This document shows, piece by piece, positions 35,994-45,508 of a stretch of 54,838 bases of DNA. Below the pieces are notes generated by a model. The model searched no databases. It was given only the letters and a program-made list of their open reading frames with translations, and was not told the origin of the DNA. The number at the start of each line of letters is the position of its first letter. Positions within the stretch are counted from its first letter, which is position 1. A program made the position numbers and the translations under genes. The DNA comes from a virus. Its lineage: Duplodnaviria > Caudoviricetes. Where the stretch lies: IMG/VR virus record IMGVR_UViG_3300032285_003295, positions 1-54,838 of that record. One strand, 5' to 3'.

Positions 35994-38519
35994 ATGAATA
36001 TGAAGAATCCTTATCTTTACAATCCAGTAGCTAAATCGCTATTGGAACAGTATGAACAGAAAATTTTTGAAAACGAGAATGTTGATGGACTATTGGCTAA
36101 GATATCCGATAATGCCTTAAATATTTTCAAGGTATTAACTTTCGATCTTGCACCGAAAAGAGATAGAAATCCTGATGTCATCAGAGTTAAATTATCTCAC
36201 ATCTCAGATTCTCAGAGCGTTAAATCTCTAACTGCTAAACTTCTGGATTATGCGGATGATAATGACGTTTCTAATTCTAAATTTGCTGAAGTTAAAAGGC
36301 TGTATTTAGAAAGTCTTAAAAAATACTGTGAGGCTTTAAACAGAGCAGTCGAAATAGGAAAGGATAAAGAGCAGAACATTGTTAAGATCTTTAACATGGG
36401 TGCTATGAAAGCTCAGAGCACGATAGATTTTATAGCTAAAGAAGCAGATGCGGAGGATAAGAGAAAGAAAGAATCCCTTAATGAGTCATTTGCAATAAAT
36501 GAGAACATATTTGAGGGATATAGAGGAAGAGTAAACGATTTGAGAAAAACGTTAACCAATCTTATAACATCAGCGGAGGGGAAAGATCAGAAAAGTGGAT
36601 ACGGCAGAAACTGGAAACAAGTTTTTATAGATCTAGATCAGAAAAGGCAAGCTTTAGATATCACTGAGAATGGAACAGCAAGAAAGAAGGATAAGGATGC
36701 TTTAGAAAAATTGGAGAAAGACGTTCATAAGTTTCAAGATGAATTCAACACTGCTTTAATTAATGCTTCTAATAAATCTATCCAACAGGTTGAGAGCGAT
36801 GATGAGGTGAATACCAAATATCAAGATGTTACTGAATTAACGGATCAGGCCATAATATACCAAACTAAAGCTAAAACCCAATACCTTTTAGCAATGGAAG
36901 AAATCAGGGATGAGATCAAGGCTAAGGAGGATAACGTGAGCAAGGTTTTATTCCCGCTCAAAAGAGGAGACACAGACTCAGATCCTAAGATCAAAGGAAC
37001 AGGACTTATTTTTGCTATCCAAACTGCAATGGCAAATGGCATAACTGCTTTTGGTAAATTGATTAAACAGAAGAAAGGGCCAAATGGCAAATTTGGACCT
37101 GCTACACAATCTGGCGTAATGGCAATCCAAAAGATCAGTGGAAATAAAAATGCTAACGGTGAAATAGATAAAAATCTTTTGCATGATATAATGATCTCAG
37201 ATTGGGTTTCTGATAAAGACAGGAAAACAATACAGAAGGCTTTAGATACCATAAAGGATAAAATGAACGAAGGATTCGGTTCTGGAAATTACGTTTCTAG
37301 AATGAGTGAATTCGTTGGAGCTTTAAATGAAGATAAAATTGTAATTAATCAATCAGAATTCGAGAAGGAATTAAACACCCAATACAAAAGCATAGCGGGG
37401 GATAAAGAAAAATCTTCGGATGAGACAGTTGATCATAGCCACAAGAGCTCTAAAGACGTTCCATCTCTAGCAAAGAGATTAAGAACAGAGTATGGTCTAA
37501 AGGTAGAGGAAGACACTTTCCTTAAATCAGATGGAGCTCTTAAATCTGCTTACACTCACGAGTTCATTAAATCATGGGATAAAGCCATCGATGAAACAAA
37601 TAAATCTGGAAAAAAAGAAGAGACGTCTTATTTTTATTCTAAAGGCGGACTTTATAATATTAATGTTGCATCCTCATCTTTAAGAACACCCTGTAACGCT
37701 CACGCTTGGATGGAGAGCAGAAAGATCAAATCATTCTCTGAAGAAGACACTTTAGATTTTATATCTAATTATCTAAAAGGATGGAAAACATTTGGTATGA
37801 TTAGACCTGAATGGAGATACGAGGGGATAAAAGAATTGATGGGAAAAATAGAGAAGGATGGAGAGTATTCAAAAGAGCATAAGAATGCTTATGATTCTAT
37901 GAGTTCAGCAATTAAAAATAAATCAGTTCCTTTTATAGATTACAGTGATCTTAAAGGTCCAATAGCTATGGCATTTAAGATGGTCTCACAAGCTAATGAG
38001 AAAGATCCAGATCTCACTATGGGAGATGCTATTGCTATTAATAACTTTTTTGTTATAATAGCTAATGCAATTAGTTGCACAGATGAGGGTAAGTTTATAA
38101 GCTGTATTAAATGGATCCATGATAATGCTTTAGGTGAAAAGTCATCAAGAGGGTTTAAGTTTAGAAGCGGATGGCTTGAGGATATTACAGGTAAATCATC
38201 AGGGGAAGGCTCGATCCTCACTTTTGAAAGTAGCAGAATTCCGATTAAGGAAGCTTCTAAAATACAGAGAGTCGATCTTGAATCAATTGATGCGGAGAGA
38301 ATGTCTAAAGAACTTTCTGCATACGCTCAGATAGTAAAAGATCTTCAGAAAGAAGATCCATCTAATAAAGCAATTGCACTTTTTGGCAAAAATCTTTATC
38401 ACATTTTATCCGACATTTATCCAAGTATAAGCTCGCATGTTCAAAGAATGAACGCTAAAACATTTAGTGACGTTCCTCAGAAACCACCTTTCTTATGCGT
38501 TGATATGGACGGTAAATAA
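35994..38519 (+). CDS. Large putative virion protein with peptidoglycan-binding-like domain
   Basis: LKRGD...IFAIQ...NGKFGPATQSGVMAIQK...NGEIDKNL fits the PG_binding_1 pattern; several L/I-x-E sites. Confidence 0.6.
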   Translation: MNMKNPYLYNPVAKSLLEQYEQKIFENENVDGLLAKISDNALNIFKVLTFDLAPKRDRNPDVIRVKLSHISDSQSVKSLTAKLLDYADDNDVSNSKFAEVKRLYLESLKKYCEALNRAVEIGKDKEQNIVKIFNMGAMKAQSTIDFIAKEADAEDKRKKESLNESFAINENIFEGYRGRVNDLRKTLTNLITSAEGKDQKSGYGRNWKQVFIDLDQKRQALDITENGTARKKDKDALEKLEKDVHKFQDEFNTALINASNKSIQQVESDDEVNTKYQDVTELTDQAIIYQTKAKTQYLLAMEEIRDEIKAKEDNVSKVLFPLKRGDTDSDPKIKGTGLIFAIQTAMANGITAFGKLIKQKKGPNGKFGPATQSGVMAIQKISGNKNANGEIDKNLLHDIMISDWVSDKDRKTIQKALDTIKDKMNEGFGSGNYVSRMSEFVGALNEDKIVINQSEFEKELNTQYKSIAGDKEKSSDETVDHSHKSSKDVPSLAKRLRTEYGLKVEEDTFLKSDGALKSAYTHEFIKSWDKAIDETNKSGKKEETSYFYSKGGLYNINVASSSLRTPCNAHAWMESRKIKSFSEEDTLDFISNYLKGWKTFGMIRPEWRYEGIKELMGKIEKDGEYSKEHKNAYDSMSSAIKNKSVPFIDYSDLKGPIAMAFKMVSQANEKDPDLTMGDAIAINNFFVIIANAISCTDEGKFISCIKWIHDNALGEKSSRGFKFRSGWLEDITGKSSGEGSILTFESSRIPIKEASKIQRVDLESIDAERMSKELSAYAQIVKDLQKEDPSNKAIALFGKNLYHILSDIYPSISSHVQRMNAKTFSDVPQKPPFLCVDMDGK

Positions 38520-38539
38520 TAAATAATTAGTAAAAATTT

Positions 38540-38565
38540 AAGGGAGGCTTTGTCCTCCCTTTTTT
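38540..38565 (+). terminator. Rho-independent terminator
   Basis: AAGGGAGG-CTTTGT-CCTCCCTT-TTTT. Confidence 0.85.
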
Positions 38566-38575
38566 ATTAATTGCC

Positions 38576-38603
38576 GAAATTTTGATGTACTTTTGGGATA
38601 TAA
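38576..38603 (+). promoter_or_regulatory. Middle-class promoter GAAAT-N18-TATAA
   Basis: After terminator, upstream of ATG 38619; spacer shares TTTGATGT with the 13075 site. Confidence 0.6.
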
Positions 38604-38618
38604 CCTAATAAATGTATT

Positions 38619-39185
38619 ATGGTCTATATTTTCGAAGGTGCTAGAAATTCAGGAAAGACCTATCTTTCTAACCACATTTCTTCTAAATTTAATACCCCAA
38701 GATTTCAGTTTGATTTTGGAAATCATTTCAATCTTTTAGGTCTGGAAAGCAAGGGCAATAGGGAAGCACATTCATTCTCTATGGGTAAAGAGCTCATGCT
38801 AATGCAGCTTAGTAAGGATCTTTCTAAAAGTTTAGATCACTTTATACACGATAGAGGTATCCTAACCGTTTTAGCTTGGGGTCTTTCCGAGAATAGAATA
38901 TCTAAAAATGATGTGATTGAACAAATAGACTACATAAAATCCAAAAGACTTTTGGATAATTGCATAATCATTTATATTGAAGGGCACAACCCAGATCAAT
39001 CTGATAGAAACAAGGATCAATGGGATTATGCAGATCGAAGCAACTCTGAAAAAGAAGCTTTTGATTTCGTGATCTCTAAATTCAAAGAAGCTGGGTTGAA
39101 TAAGGTTTATGCGTTCGAGAATGGATTTAACGAATCGTCTTTATCTAATATTGAAACACTTTTTGAACATATACTTTTTATATAA
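38619..39185 (+). CDS. Thymidylate-kinase-like P-loop (d)NMP kinase
   Basis: IFEGARNSGKT P-loop, HDRG motif. Confidence 0.75.
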   Translation: MVYIFEGARNSGKTYLSNHISSKFNTPRFQFDFGNHFNLLGLESKGNREAHSFSMGKELMLMQLSKDLSKSLDHFIHDRGILTVLAWGLSENRISKNDVIEQIDYIKSKRLLDNCIIIYIEGHNPDQSDRNKDQWDYADRSNSEKEAFDFVISKFKEAGLNKVYAFENGFNESSLSNIETLFEHILFI

Positions 39186-40603
39186 TGTGCGGAATACTAC
39201 TTACAACTAGGGCCAATGAAATGCCCGAGCTACTTGACTCTATAAAGCATAGAGGAATTGAAATGACCAAAGTTGACCTGGATAATGGAGTTACTCTTTG
39301 TCACCATAGGCTTCCTATTCAAACATTGGATGGTGATGAATGGGCTCAACCTCTAGAGGTTTCACTCGGGGTGTACATGATGTTTAATGGTGAGATCTTT
39401 AATTACGATCAAACCCAATTCTCATCTGATACAGAATATCTCTTTGATCTTTTTTCCAAATGCAAGAGTGTCAATCTTGAATTGTTTTCGGCCCTATATA
39501 CTCCCCACATACAAACATGGGATGGATTTTGGGCAATAGTTCTATATGATTCCAATACTGGATCTGTTATTGCCTTTACCGATCCATTGGGTAAGAAGTG
39601 TTTATATAAAAATGAGCTTGGAGAACTTTGCTCCGAGATTAAAGGTCTAGTAACAGGCCAGAGCGAGTTTGATCAGACTTATATTAGCTCCGTTAGAAAA
39701 TGGGGGTATAATACAGATGATAGAACACCCTACGTTAACGTTAAGAGATTACTCCCGAATAACATATATTCTTACAATATGGGATCACCCCTATTCAATC
39801 AGGTATTCCCCAAATATTATAGAACTTGGGAATCCCCCATTAGAGAGCTAATAGGAGCTGATTACGAGGCTCATATGGAATGGCTTTGGGATAAAATGTT
39901 TGAGAGTGTAAAGCTTCGCCTTGTGTCTAAAAACTATCCAATATCGCTTTTAATCTCAGGTGGACTTGATTCATCTATTATAGCTGCAATTCTAAAGCAA
40001 AGTAACTCAAAAGTGACCTGGTTTAGTATAGAAAACGGGGAGGCAGAATATGTTAAGACCCTTGGCGAACATCTAGGAATCGTTCCCAATTTTCTTGAGT
40101 ATAATATGGATCCAAGCAAGCTCTCTGAAATATATGCAGACTGGAACGAGGGACCTATAGATTTAGGCTCAGTTGTACCGCAGTATCATCTTTTTGAGGC
40201 TGTTAAAAATAACAGCGGATATCGCATAGTCCTAAGCGGTGATGGCTCTGATGAACTTTTCGGGGGATATTCAAGGATTCATGAGTATGACTCCCAACAA
40301 TCTGATGTTTTTGAGGAACTAACTTTCTACCATTTACCTCGTCTGGATAAGATGTCGATGGCACACACTTTAGAACTAAGAAATCCTTTCCTAAATCTAG
40401 ATATTGTTAGATTTGCTCTTCATCTCCCGATAGAGTGGAGAACTGATAAAAAGATTCTCAAGGACACTTTTGGTCCACTTCTTCCTGATAGCATAGTTAA
40501 CCGTAAGAAAGAAGCCTTAAAAAACCCAGAAATCAAGGAGGATAAGCTCAAATATCGTCAAAAAGCTGTGGATTTATTCCTCAGCTCATTCCAGCAAAAT
40601 TAA
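39185..40603 (+). CDS. Asparagine-synthetase-like glutamine amidotransferase (Ntn + PP-loop)
   Basis: MCGI, HRG, HHRL, FNGEIFNY, SGGLDSS, SGDGSDELFGGY, RLDKMSM, ELRNPFL. Confidence 0.9.
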   Translation: MCGILLTTRANEMPELLDSIKHRGIEMTKVDLDNGVTLCHHRLPIQTLDGDEWAQPLEVSLGVYMMFNGEIFNYDQTQFSSDTEYLFDLFSKCKSVNLELFSALYTPHIQTWDGFWAIVLYDSNTGSVIAFTDPLGKKCLYKNELGELCSEIKGLVTGQSEFDQTYISSVRKWGYNTDDRTPYVNVKRLLPNNIYSYNMGSPLFNQVFPKYYRTWESPIRELIGADYEAHMEWLWDKMFESVKLRLVSKNYPISLLISGGLDSSIIAAILKQSNSKVTWFSIENGEAEYVKTLGEHLGIVPNFLEYNMDPSKLSEIYADWNEGPIDLGSVVPQYHLFEAVKNNSGYRIVLSGDGSDELFGGYSRIHEYDSQQSDVFEELTFYHLPRLDKMSMAHTLELRNPFLNLDIVRFALHLPIEWRTDKKILKDTFGPLLPDSIVNRKKEALKNPEIKEDKLKYRQKAVDLFLSSFQQN

Positions 40604-40622
40604 GAATAATCGGAAAGACTAC

Positions 40623-40630
40623 GATATATA
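40623..40630 (+). promoter_or_regulatory. Late-class promoter GATATATA
   Basis: Intergenic, upstream of ATG 40649. Confidence 0.6.
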
Positions 40631-40648
40631 GATAAAAAAGTAGAGGAC

Positions 40649-41317
40649 ATGTCTAAGATTAAAAAACTTGAAGAATTCCAACTGAATGAGGATTTCAGCT
40701 TATCAAATATAGGCAACAGTCTTATGGGCTTAGTAGGAAAGGTTATTCCTGTTCTAGGCGGTGGATTTGTTAAAACCATTAAACAAAAGATAACTGCTAT
40801 CATACTAGAAAAAGTTGGTATCAAAGAGAAATCAACCCTTTCTGTGCTTGTTCAAGAATTTGTAGATCAAATTCCTCCATCGGATCTCCCTGGAATACTA
40901 ACAGGTGAAAAAGCAAATGCTGAATATCTAGCCCCTAAAATGGCTGCTTTCCTACAGGAGTTTATCCAAAGGAAAGGCCTTGATAGTTTGGCTGAGCAGA
41001 TGGGAATAGAAACCACTGGCTGGCTTTACTCAACAATAAGAGAATCTATACAGGGTGAAATTGGTAAGGAAAAATTAACTAAACTTTTCTTAAATCTTTT
41101 TGGCTCTATGCCGCATGTCGGTGGAACTGCAATAAACAGTTTAGATCCTGCGGATAAAAGCAAATTTGAAGACGCTTTGAATCAAAGACTTACCACCTCA
41201 CAAACTGTAGCACCGACATCTAGTGCTTCTCCAAGTACTGGAAATACTACGCAAAGTCCATTCTCTAGCTTCTTTAGTGGTTTGCTTACCGGTGCTAAAG
41301 GTGATCAAAACCAATAA
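40649..41317 (+). CDS. Putative capsid-internal protein
   Basis: MSKIKKLEEFQLNED N-terminal motif; late promoter. Confidence 0.65.
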   Translation: MSKIKKLEEFQLNEDFSLSNIGNSLMGLVGKVIPVLGGGFVKTIKQKITAIILEKVGIKEKSTLSVLVQEFVDQIPPSDLPGILTGEKANAEYLAPKMAAFLQEFIQRKGLDSLAEQMGIETTGWLYSTIRESIQGEIGKEKLTKLFLNLFGSMPHVGGTAINSLDPADKSKFEDALNQRLTTSQTVAPTSSASPSTGNTTQSPFSSFFSGLLTGAKGDQNQ

Positions 41318-41335
41318 AATTAAAATCATTCTAAT

Positions 41336-41680
41336 ATGAATTTACAAAACGTATCACAGAGGGAAGTTTTAGCATTTGACCAATTTCTAAAAAAGGTTCA
41401 TGATAATAACTATAAACCATTAGCCCCTTCAAATCAGTCTCAGGGTGGATTGGAAAAATCAGGTCTCTCCCCTATTAAAAGAGAGCCTGCATACGATCAC
41501 GTTGGATATGCTGATGCCTATTTTGCAGGAACATCTAAGATAAATGTTCCAGGTGTGAGAGTTAATTTTGACGGAAAACAAGGTATGGCAGACTCTTCCA
41601 GTTTTGGAACTACCACCATGACCCAAACTTCTGAATCTGTTGAATCCCCTAAAGGATTAAAGAGACTATGCGATTTTTAA
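41336..41680 (+). CDS. Hypothetical protein
   Basis: 114 aa, A-rich leader; VLAFDQFL and C-terminal LKRLCDF resemble the targeting motif. Confidence 0.65.
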   Translation: MNLQNVSQREVLAFDQFLKKVHDNNYKPLAPSNQSQGGLEKSGLSPIKREPAYDHVGYADAYFAGTSKINVPGVRVNFDGKQGMADSSSFGTTTMTQTSESVESPKGLKRLCDF

Positions 41681-41700
41681 AATATTTTAAATCTAAATAG

Positions 41701-41725
41701 AAAAGGTCCAATAGGACCTTTTTTT
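41701..41725. terminator. Bidirectional terminator between convergent genes
   Basis: AAAAGGTCC-AATA-GGACCTTTTTTT. Confidence 0.85.
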
Positions 41726-42299
41726 ATTGTATAAGAACTCTATCTGTCCAAGTTCTCTCTCGTATAAAAATTATTGCTACATACTTAATCCCTGATATAA
41801 CTGGCATTCCCTCGTGTATACTTGTGTGATCTAGCATTCCACTTTCTGTCATATTATCCCATGTTACTAGTTTTCCTCTCTCCGGTTCTACTCTAATCCC
41901 CAGCTGTGGAAAATCTGTTTCCCCACCTTCGAAATCGTCATTTAAGTAAACTAGGGTTGACATCCTTCTGTTACCGCCCTTTGATAGTTGCTCCTGCGTG
42001 TACGATTGCCCTTCATGGAAGAAGTCGTGATGCGGTTTGTATCTTCCCCCTACTGGGTATCTAACTATGGTCAAATCCTCCATGTTAGTGATGGGAGTCT
42101 TTGTTAATTCAGAAATTGCATTAACTATTTTCTTTACTGTGCCGTGGGCCTCATCTAGCCTAATAAAAGCATTTTCTGCTATTCTATAATCTGAGTCTCC
42201 ATCGCCAAGTGTTGTTGCTATTTGATATTTCGGATCTGCCAGATCTATTAACTCTTGACAATCCTCAGGGGTCAAAACGTCACGATATTGATTTACCAT
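41724..42299 (-). CDS. 2OG-Fe(II) oxygenase, prolyl-4-hydroxylase-like
   Basis: RY..GG.YKPHHD, LVYLNDDFEGGETDFP, HEGMPV..G.K. Confidence 0.92.
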   Translation of the reverse strand: MVNQYRDVLTPEDCQELIDLADPKYQIATTLGDGDSDYRIAENAFIRLDEAHGTVKKIVNAISELTKTPITNMEDLTIVRYPVGGRYKPHHDFFHEGQSYTQEQLSKGGNRRMSTLVYLNDDFEGGETDFPQLGIRVEPERGKLVTWDNMTESGMLDHTSIHEGMPVISGIKYVAIIFIRERTWTDRVLIQ

Positions 42300-42309
42300 T
42301 TGCTAAATT

Positions 42310-43053
42310 TTAGGGTGATTGCAATTTATTTATCTCTTCTATAAATCTCTCTTTAGAAAGTTTATAAATCTCTGATTCCTCATCAAAATTCTCATATATC
42401 TCAATAACATAGAGACTAGGAAAATGCCCACTATTGGGATTGAACTCTTCTAGAATCTCGTGGTATATGTACTCGTAGCTAAGAGAAAAGAATGGATTTT
42501 TTAGATGTATTTTTTTCATCATAATCATCTCTTTTGACTTCTCTCCTGTTTTTATTTTAATGTTTGCTTTGAAGAAGTAGTTCAATAGCTTATCCGTAAT
42601 CATGTTCCTTATTATTAAAATACCTGATCCTTCTTCTTTACTGTGTGATTCGAATTTTGATTGAATTTTAAAGATCTTTATTTTAGACTCTTCCTCTTTT
42701 AGCATCTCTAGACATATCTCGGAGTATCCATACAGTGTTTCTAGAGATTGCTCAACGATGGCATCCAGTGAATCTTTCTCCTCTTTAGTTATTCTTTTAG
42801 CGCTAAACTTCTCAAAAAATGACTTTTCACTTTTTGTTAGGTATTGGTATATTGGATCCCACTTAGTCATACCATTTTCTTTATAGAGATTCAGTGATTT
42901 TACCAGTCTTGATATGTCCTTAAGGATTGAGAAGCAGGTGTCAGAGTTTAGTCCCTTGCTAGCACTTTTTAAATAGTCTAATAAAATGTACTCCTTTTGC
43001 TCCGAATCTAGGGGATCTTTTAGAAACCACAGGGGGCTCAATTTCTTTTTCAT
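42310..43053 (-). CDS. Hypothetical protein
   Basis: Start likely MKKKLSPLWF (43053), with AATATATA late-like motif on the - strand at 43074-43081. Confidence 0.65.
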   Translation of the reverse strand: MKKKLSPLWFLKDPLDSEQKEYILLDYLKSASKGLNSDTCFSILKDISRLVKSLNLYKENGMTKWDPIYQYLTKSEKSFFEKFSAKRITKEEKDSLDAIVEQSLETLYGYSEICLEMLKEEESKIKIFKIQSKFESHSKEEGSGILIIRNMITDKLLNYFFKANIKIKTGEKSKEMIMMKKIHLKNPFFSLSYEYIYHEILEEFNPNSGHFPSLYVIEIYENFDEESEIYKLSKERFIEEINKLQSP

Positions 43054-43099
43054 TGCCCAAATTTTATATAATCTATATATTTTAACTCGTTGGATAAGG

Positions 43100-43107
43100 G
43101 ATATATA
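43100..43107 (+). promoter_or_regulatory. Late-class promoter GATATATA (back to back with a - strand motif)
   Basis: Upstream of ATG 43126. Confidence 0.55.
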
Positions 43108-43125
43108 CAAGAAAAAGAACTCAGA

Positions 43126-43557
43126 ATGCCAAGAATTTACGACTATAGCTCATTTTCCTCATCAAATACTGGATCTAGTAGAGGCGAATATTCATTCGGT
43201 CTTCCTTTGAAATATGTTGATATCGACATTTACAATAGACCTGAGGAATATGCAAATATAGAGGATGCTAAGGTTTTTATAGAATACTCTGTTAGTCTTG
43301 ATGTTGAAAAAGATGGTATATCTGGAGTAAATTTCTTAGTGAATAGTGTGGAAGTTGAATTCTCTGTGGATGATTATCCAAATCCAGTTAAGCAATTTGA
43401 TATCGACCTAATTCCTGGCAAAACTATAGATATAGGTCAGATGAAATCTGATGTTGGCGAAAATCCAATTCCGACAAATCCAACGGGGATAAAGATAAAC
43501 ATGAACATGTCAACTGACCCCAAGAAATTTGATGTCATCGTTTCATTCGGTTCCTAA
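43126..43557 (+). CDS. Hypothetical protein
   Basis: Start moved to MPRIYDYSSF (43126), downstream of the promoter motif. Confidence 0.65.
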   Translation: MPRIYDYSSFSSSNTGSSRGEYSFGLPLKYVDIDIYNRPEEYANIEDAKVFIEYSVSLDVEKDGISGVNFLVNSVEVEFSVDDYPNPVKQFDIDLIPGKTIDIGQMKSDVGENPIPTNPTGIKINMNMSTDPKKFDVIVSFGS

Positions 43558-43571
43558 TATTTAATATTAAA

Positions 43572-44534
43572 ATGTCAATACTAAACTTTTCCGATTTTTC
43601 CAGAATAAATGAGTCAGAGGACCATTACAATATCCCTGGGGTTATTTCCACTGATGAGGGTGGATACGAATTTCATGTTTGTGATTCAACGTCCGGTGGT
43701 GCTGACGATGATAAGATAGTTGTATCTAAGATTAATGGAAATTCAATCTGTCTTACGTATTTAAAAGACGATGGTGAAGATGCGGATTCTTTATGGATCC
43801 CTTTAGATGCAATGGATATACAGAAAGATTCGGATAATAAGATAACTAAAATTGTTTTAAGCCCTTATAATCGTTGGTTCTCAGATCCTTCTAATTCTGT
43901 AAAGGTAGATGACTTTATTGAGTCATTTGCAGATAGCATAGAAACCACTAAAATGAGACAAGATCCTTCTATGGGTGATTTTGCCAAAGATGATGTTGAA
44001 ATGGTTTTAGATATTCTAGATCTTCCCCTGAAGGTGGCTGAATTTTCTAAAACCGATGATAATACTTGGGAAGCTGTTTTAGATAATGGATCTTTAATAG
44101 AAATAAAGAAGAGAAGCAAGGATGATCTAATGGGATCTTTTAAAATCTACACTAATAAATCTGATTACCTTCCATCTATTTTTATAAAGAATAATTCAGG
44201 TAAAAAATCAACAACCTTTAATTTGGGTGATGCGGAAATCCCTGAGATGGAGGAGGAGATAGGATTTTCAGATTTAAAGAACGGTTCACCATATCATAAA
44301 TATCTTATCAAGAAGTGCTTCGGCATAGGTTCTGAAGGGGATAAAGACAACTTGGTTAATTACTTTAAAGATGTTGTAGGTACACACAGTAATGACTATA
44401 AAAATTCAGAAGACGCTAATATCAAAAAATCAGGCGAACAAAAATCTGAATACATTAAAAGAATGGCTAAGGTTCTCACCACATTTTTGCCATTTAATGA
44501 TGTCCAGGAGATGTCAAGGGTTGAATTAAAGTAG
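43572..44534 (+). CDS. Putative capsid-internal acidic protein
   Basis: MSILNFSDFSRINESE N-terminal motif. Confidence 0.65.
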   Translation: MSILNFSDFSRINESEDHYNIPGVISTDEGGYEFHVCDSTSGGADDDKIVVSKINGNSICLTYLKDDGEDADSLWIPLDAMDIQKDSDNKITKIVLSPYNRWFSDPSNSVKVDDFIESFADSIETTKMRQDPSMGDFAKDDVEMVLDILDLPLKVAEFSKTDDNTWEAVLDNGSLIEIKKRSKDDLMGSFKIYTNKSDYLPSIFIKNNSGKKSTTFNLGDAEIPEMEEEIGFSDLKNGSPYHKYLIKKCFGIGSEGDKDNLVNYFKDVVGTHSNDYKNSEDANIKKSGEQKSEYIKRMAKVLTTFLPFNDVQEMSRVELK

Positions 44535-44540
44535 GCATCC

Positions 44541-44569
44541 GAAACAATTCCGTATAATTTTTTCTACAA
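44541..44569 (+). promoter_or_regulatory. Middle-class promoter variant GAAAC-N19-TACAA
   Basis: Intergenic, upstream of ATG 44576; spacer 1 nt longer. Confidence 0.4.
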
Positions 44570-44575
44570 TCCATA

Positions 44576-44851
44576 ATGGAGATGCACAAAGATTTTTGTT
44601 TGGAGGTGGGTAGTTCTATCATAATTAAGAAGAATAGTGGTAATAAGTGCATGGAGTTTTCTAGACACACTGATCCGGTTTTAGATAACATAGTGGAAAT
44701 GTGGACCTATGACATAAAGAAGGGTAAATCGGGAAAGCCTACATGGTTAATATTAAAAGATCTTCCAGTTTTCTTGAATTCATATTTAGCTTATGGTGAA
44801 TATACAATAGTTGAACCTGGAACAAAACCTATTAAAAAGAGTAAAAAATAA
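44576..44851 (+). CDS. Hypothetical protein
   Basis: 91 aa ORF filling the gap between genes. Confidence 0.6.
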   Translation: MEMHKDFCLEVGSSIIIKKNSGNKCMEFSRHTDPVLDNIVEMWTYDIKKGKSGKPTWLILKDLPVFLNSYLAYGEYTIVEPGTKPIKKSKK

Positions 44852-44856
44852 ATAGA

Positions 44857-45507
44857 ATGGGGAATTTACTAAAGTCCCTATTTGGGACAAAAAAAGATAA
44901 AAAAATGACATCCAACGAACAATCCACTCAAGATCTTCATAGTAAATACTCAAATCTAGATTTCCAGTGGATTAAAGGGGAAAATCTATCTGCAAATGAA
45001 GTCTTTAAAGGGGTAAGCACAAATGGTGATTTTACTTTTATAGAGTTTCAAAGTGGAAGAAGAATTAATATAGATTTGCTTGATGAATACATGGTGAGTT
45101 TTCCAGCTCTACCTCCGGAGCAGCCTAAGAATCTTCCCGCTCCCAATAAGGAAATCCCAGTATCTAAACCAGACTCTTCAGTAACTGATATAGTTTATGA
45201 AGATGCTAAATCCCCACAAAATGACTCTCCGATATATAAGTTACTAAAGAAGCAGAAAAAGAACATGGTAGAGGTTTCAATTAAGATAAAATTGAATCTT
45301 CCTCCGAAGGATCTTTATAGTGTTCTCCTGAGTTCTTTTGAAGATGCGGAAAGGGAAATAACTGAGTTTGTGTTAGACGGTGTTGATATAGAAAATATTA
45401 AAAATTCTTTGGCTGAGTCTGTGAAAAAATCATATTATACAGATTCACCAAAGCCTTCCTCCGATAAAACTTCTTCTAAGAAAATTAATAAAATAGAAAC
45501 CCCTTAA
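44857..45507 (+). CDS. Hypothetical protein
   Basis: 216 aa, operonic spacing. Confidence 0.7.
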   Translation: MGNLLKSLFGTKKDKKMTSNEQSTQDLHSKYSNLDFQWIKGENLSANEVFKGVSTNGDFTFIEFQSGRRINIDLLDEYMVSFPALPPEQPKNLPAPNKEIPVSKPDSSVTDIVYEDAKSPQNDSPIYKLLKKQKKNMVEVSIKIKLNLPPKDLYSVLLSSFEDAEREITEFVLDGVDIENIKNSLAESVKKSYYTDSPKPSSDKTSSKKINKIETP

Positions 45508-45508
45508 G

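Noticed and set aside
45231-45238. GATATATA inside ORF 44857..45507
   Set aside because: About 270 nt from the next start, with non-structural genes downstream; a few chance hits are expected in AT-rich DNA
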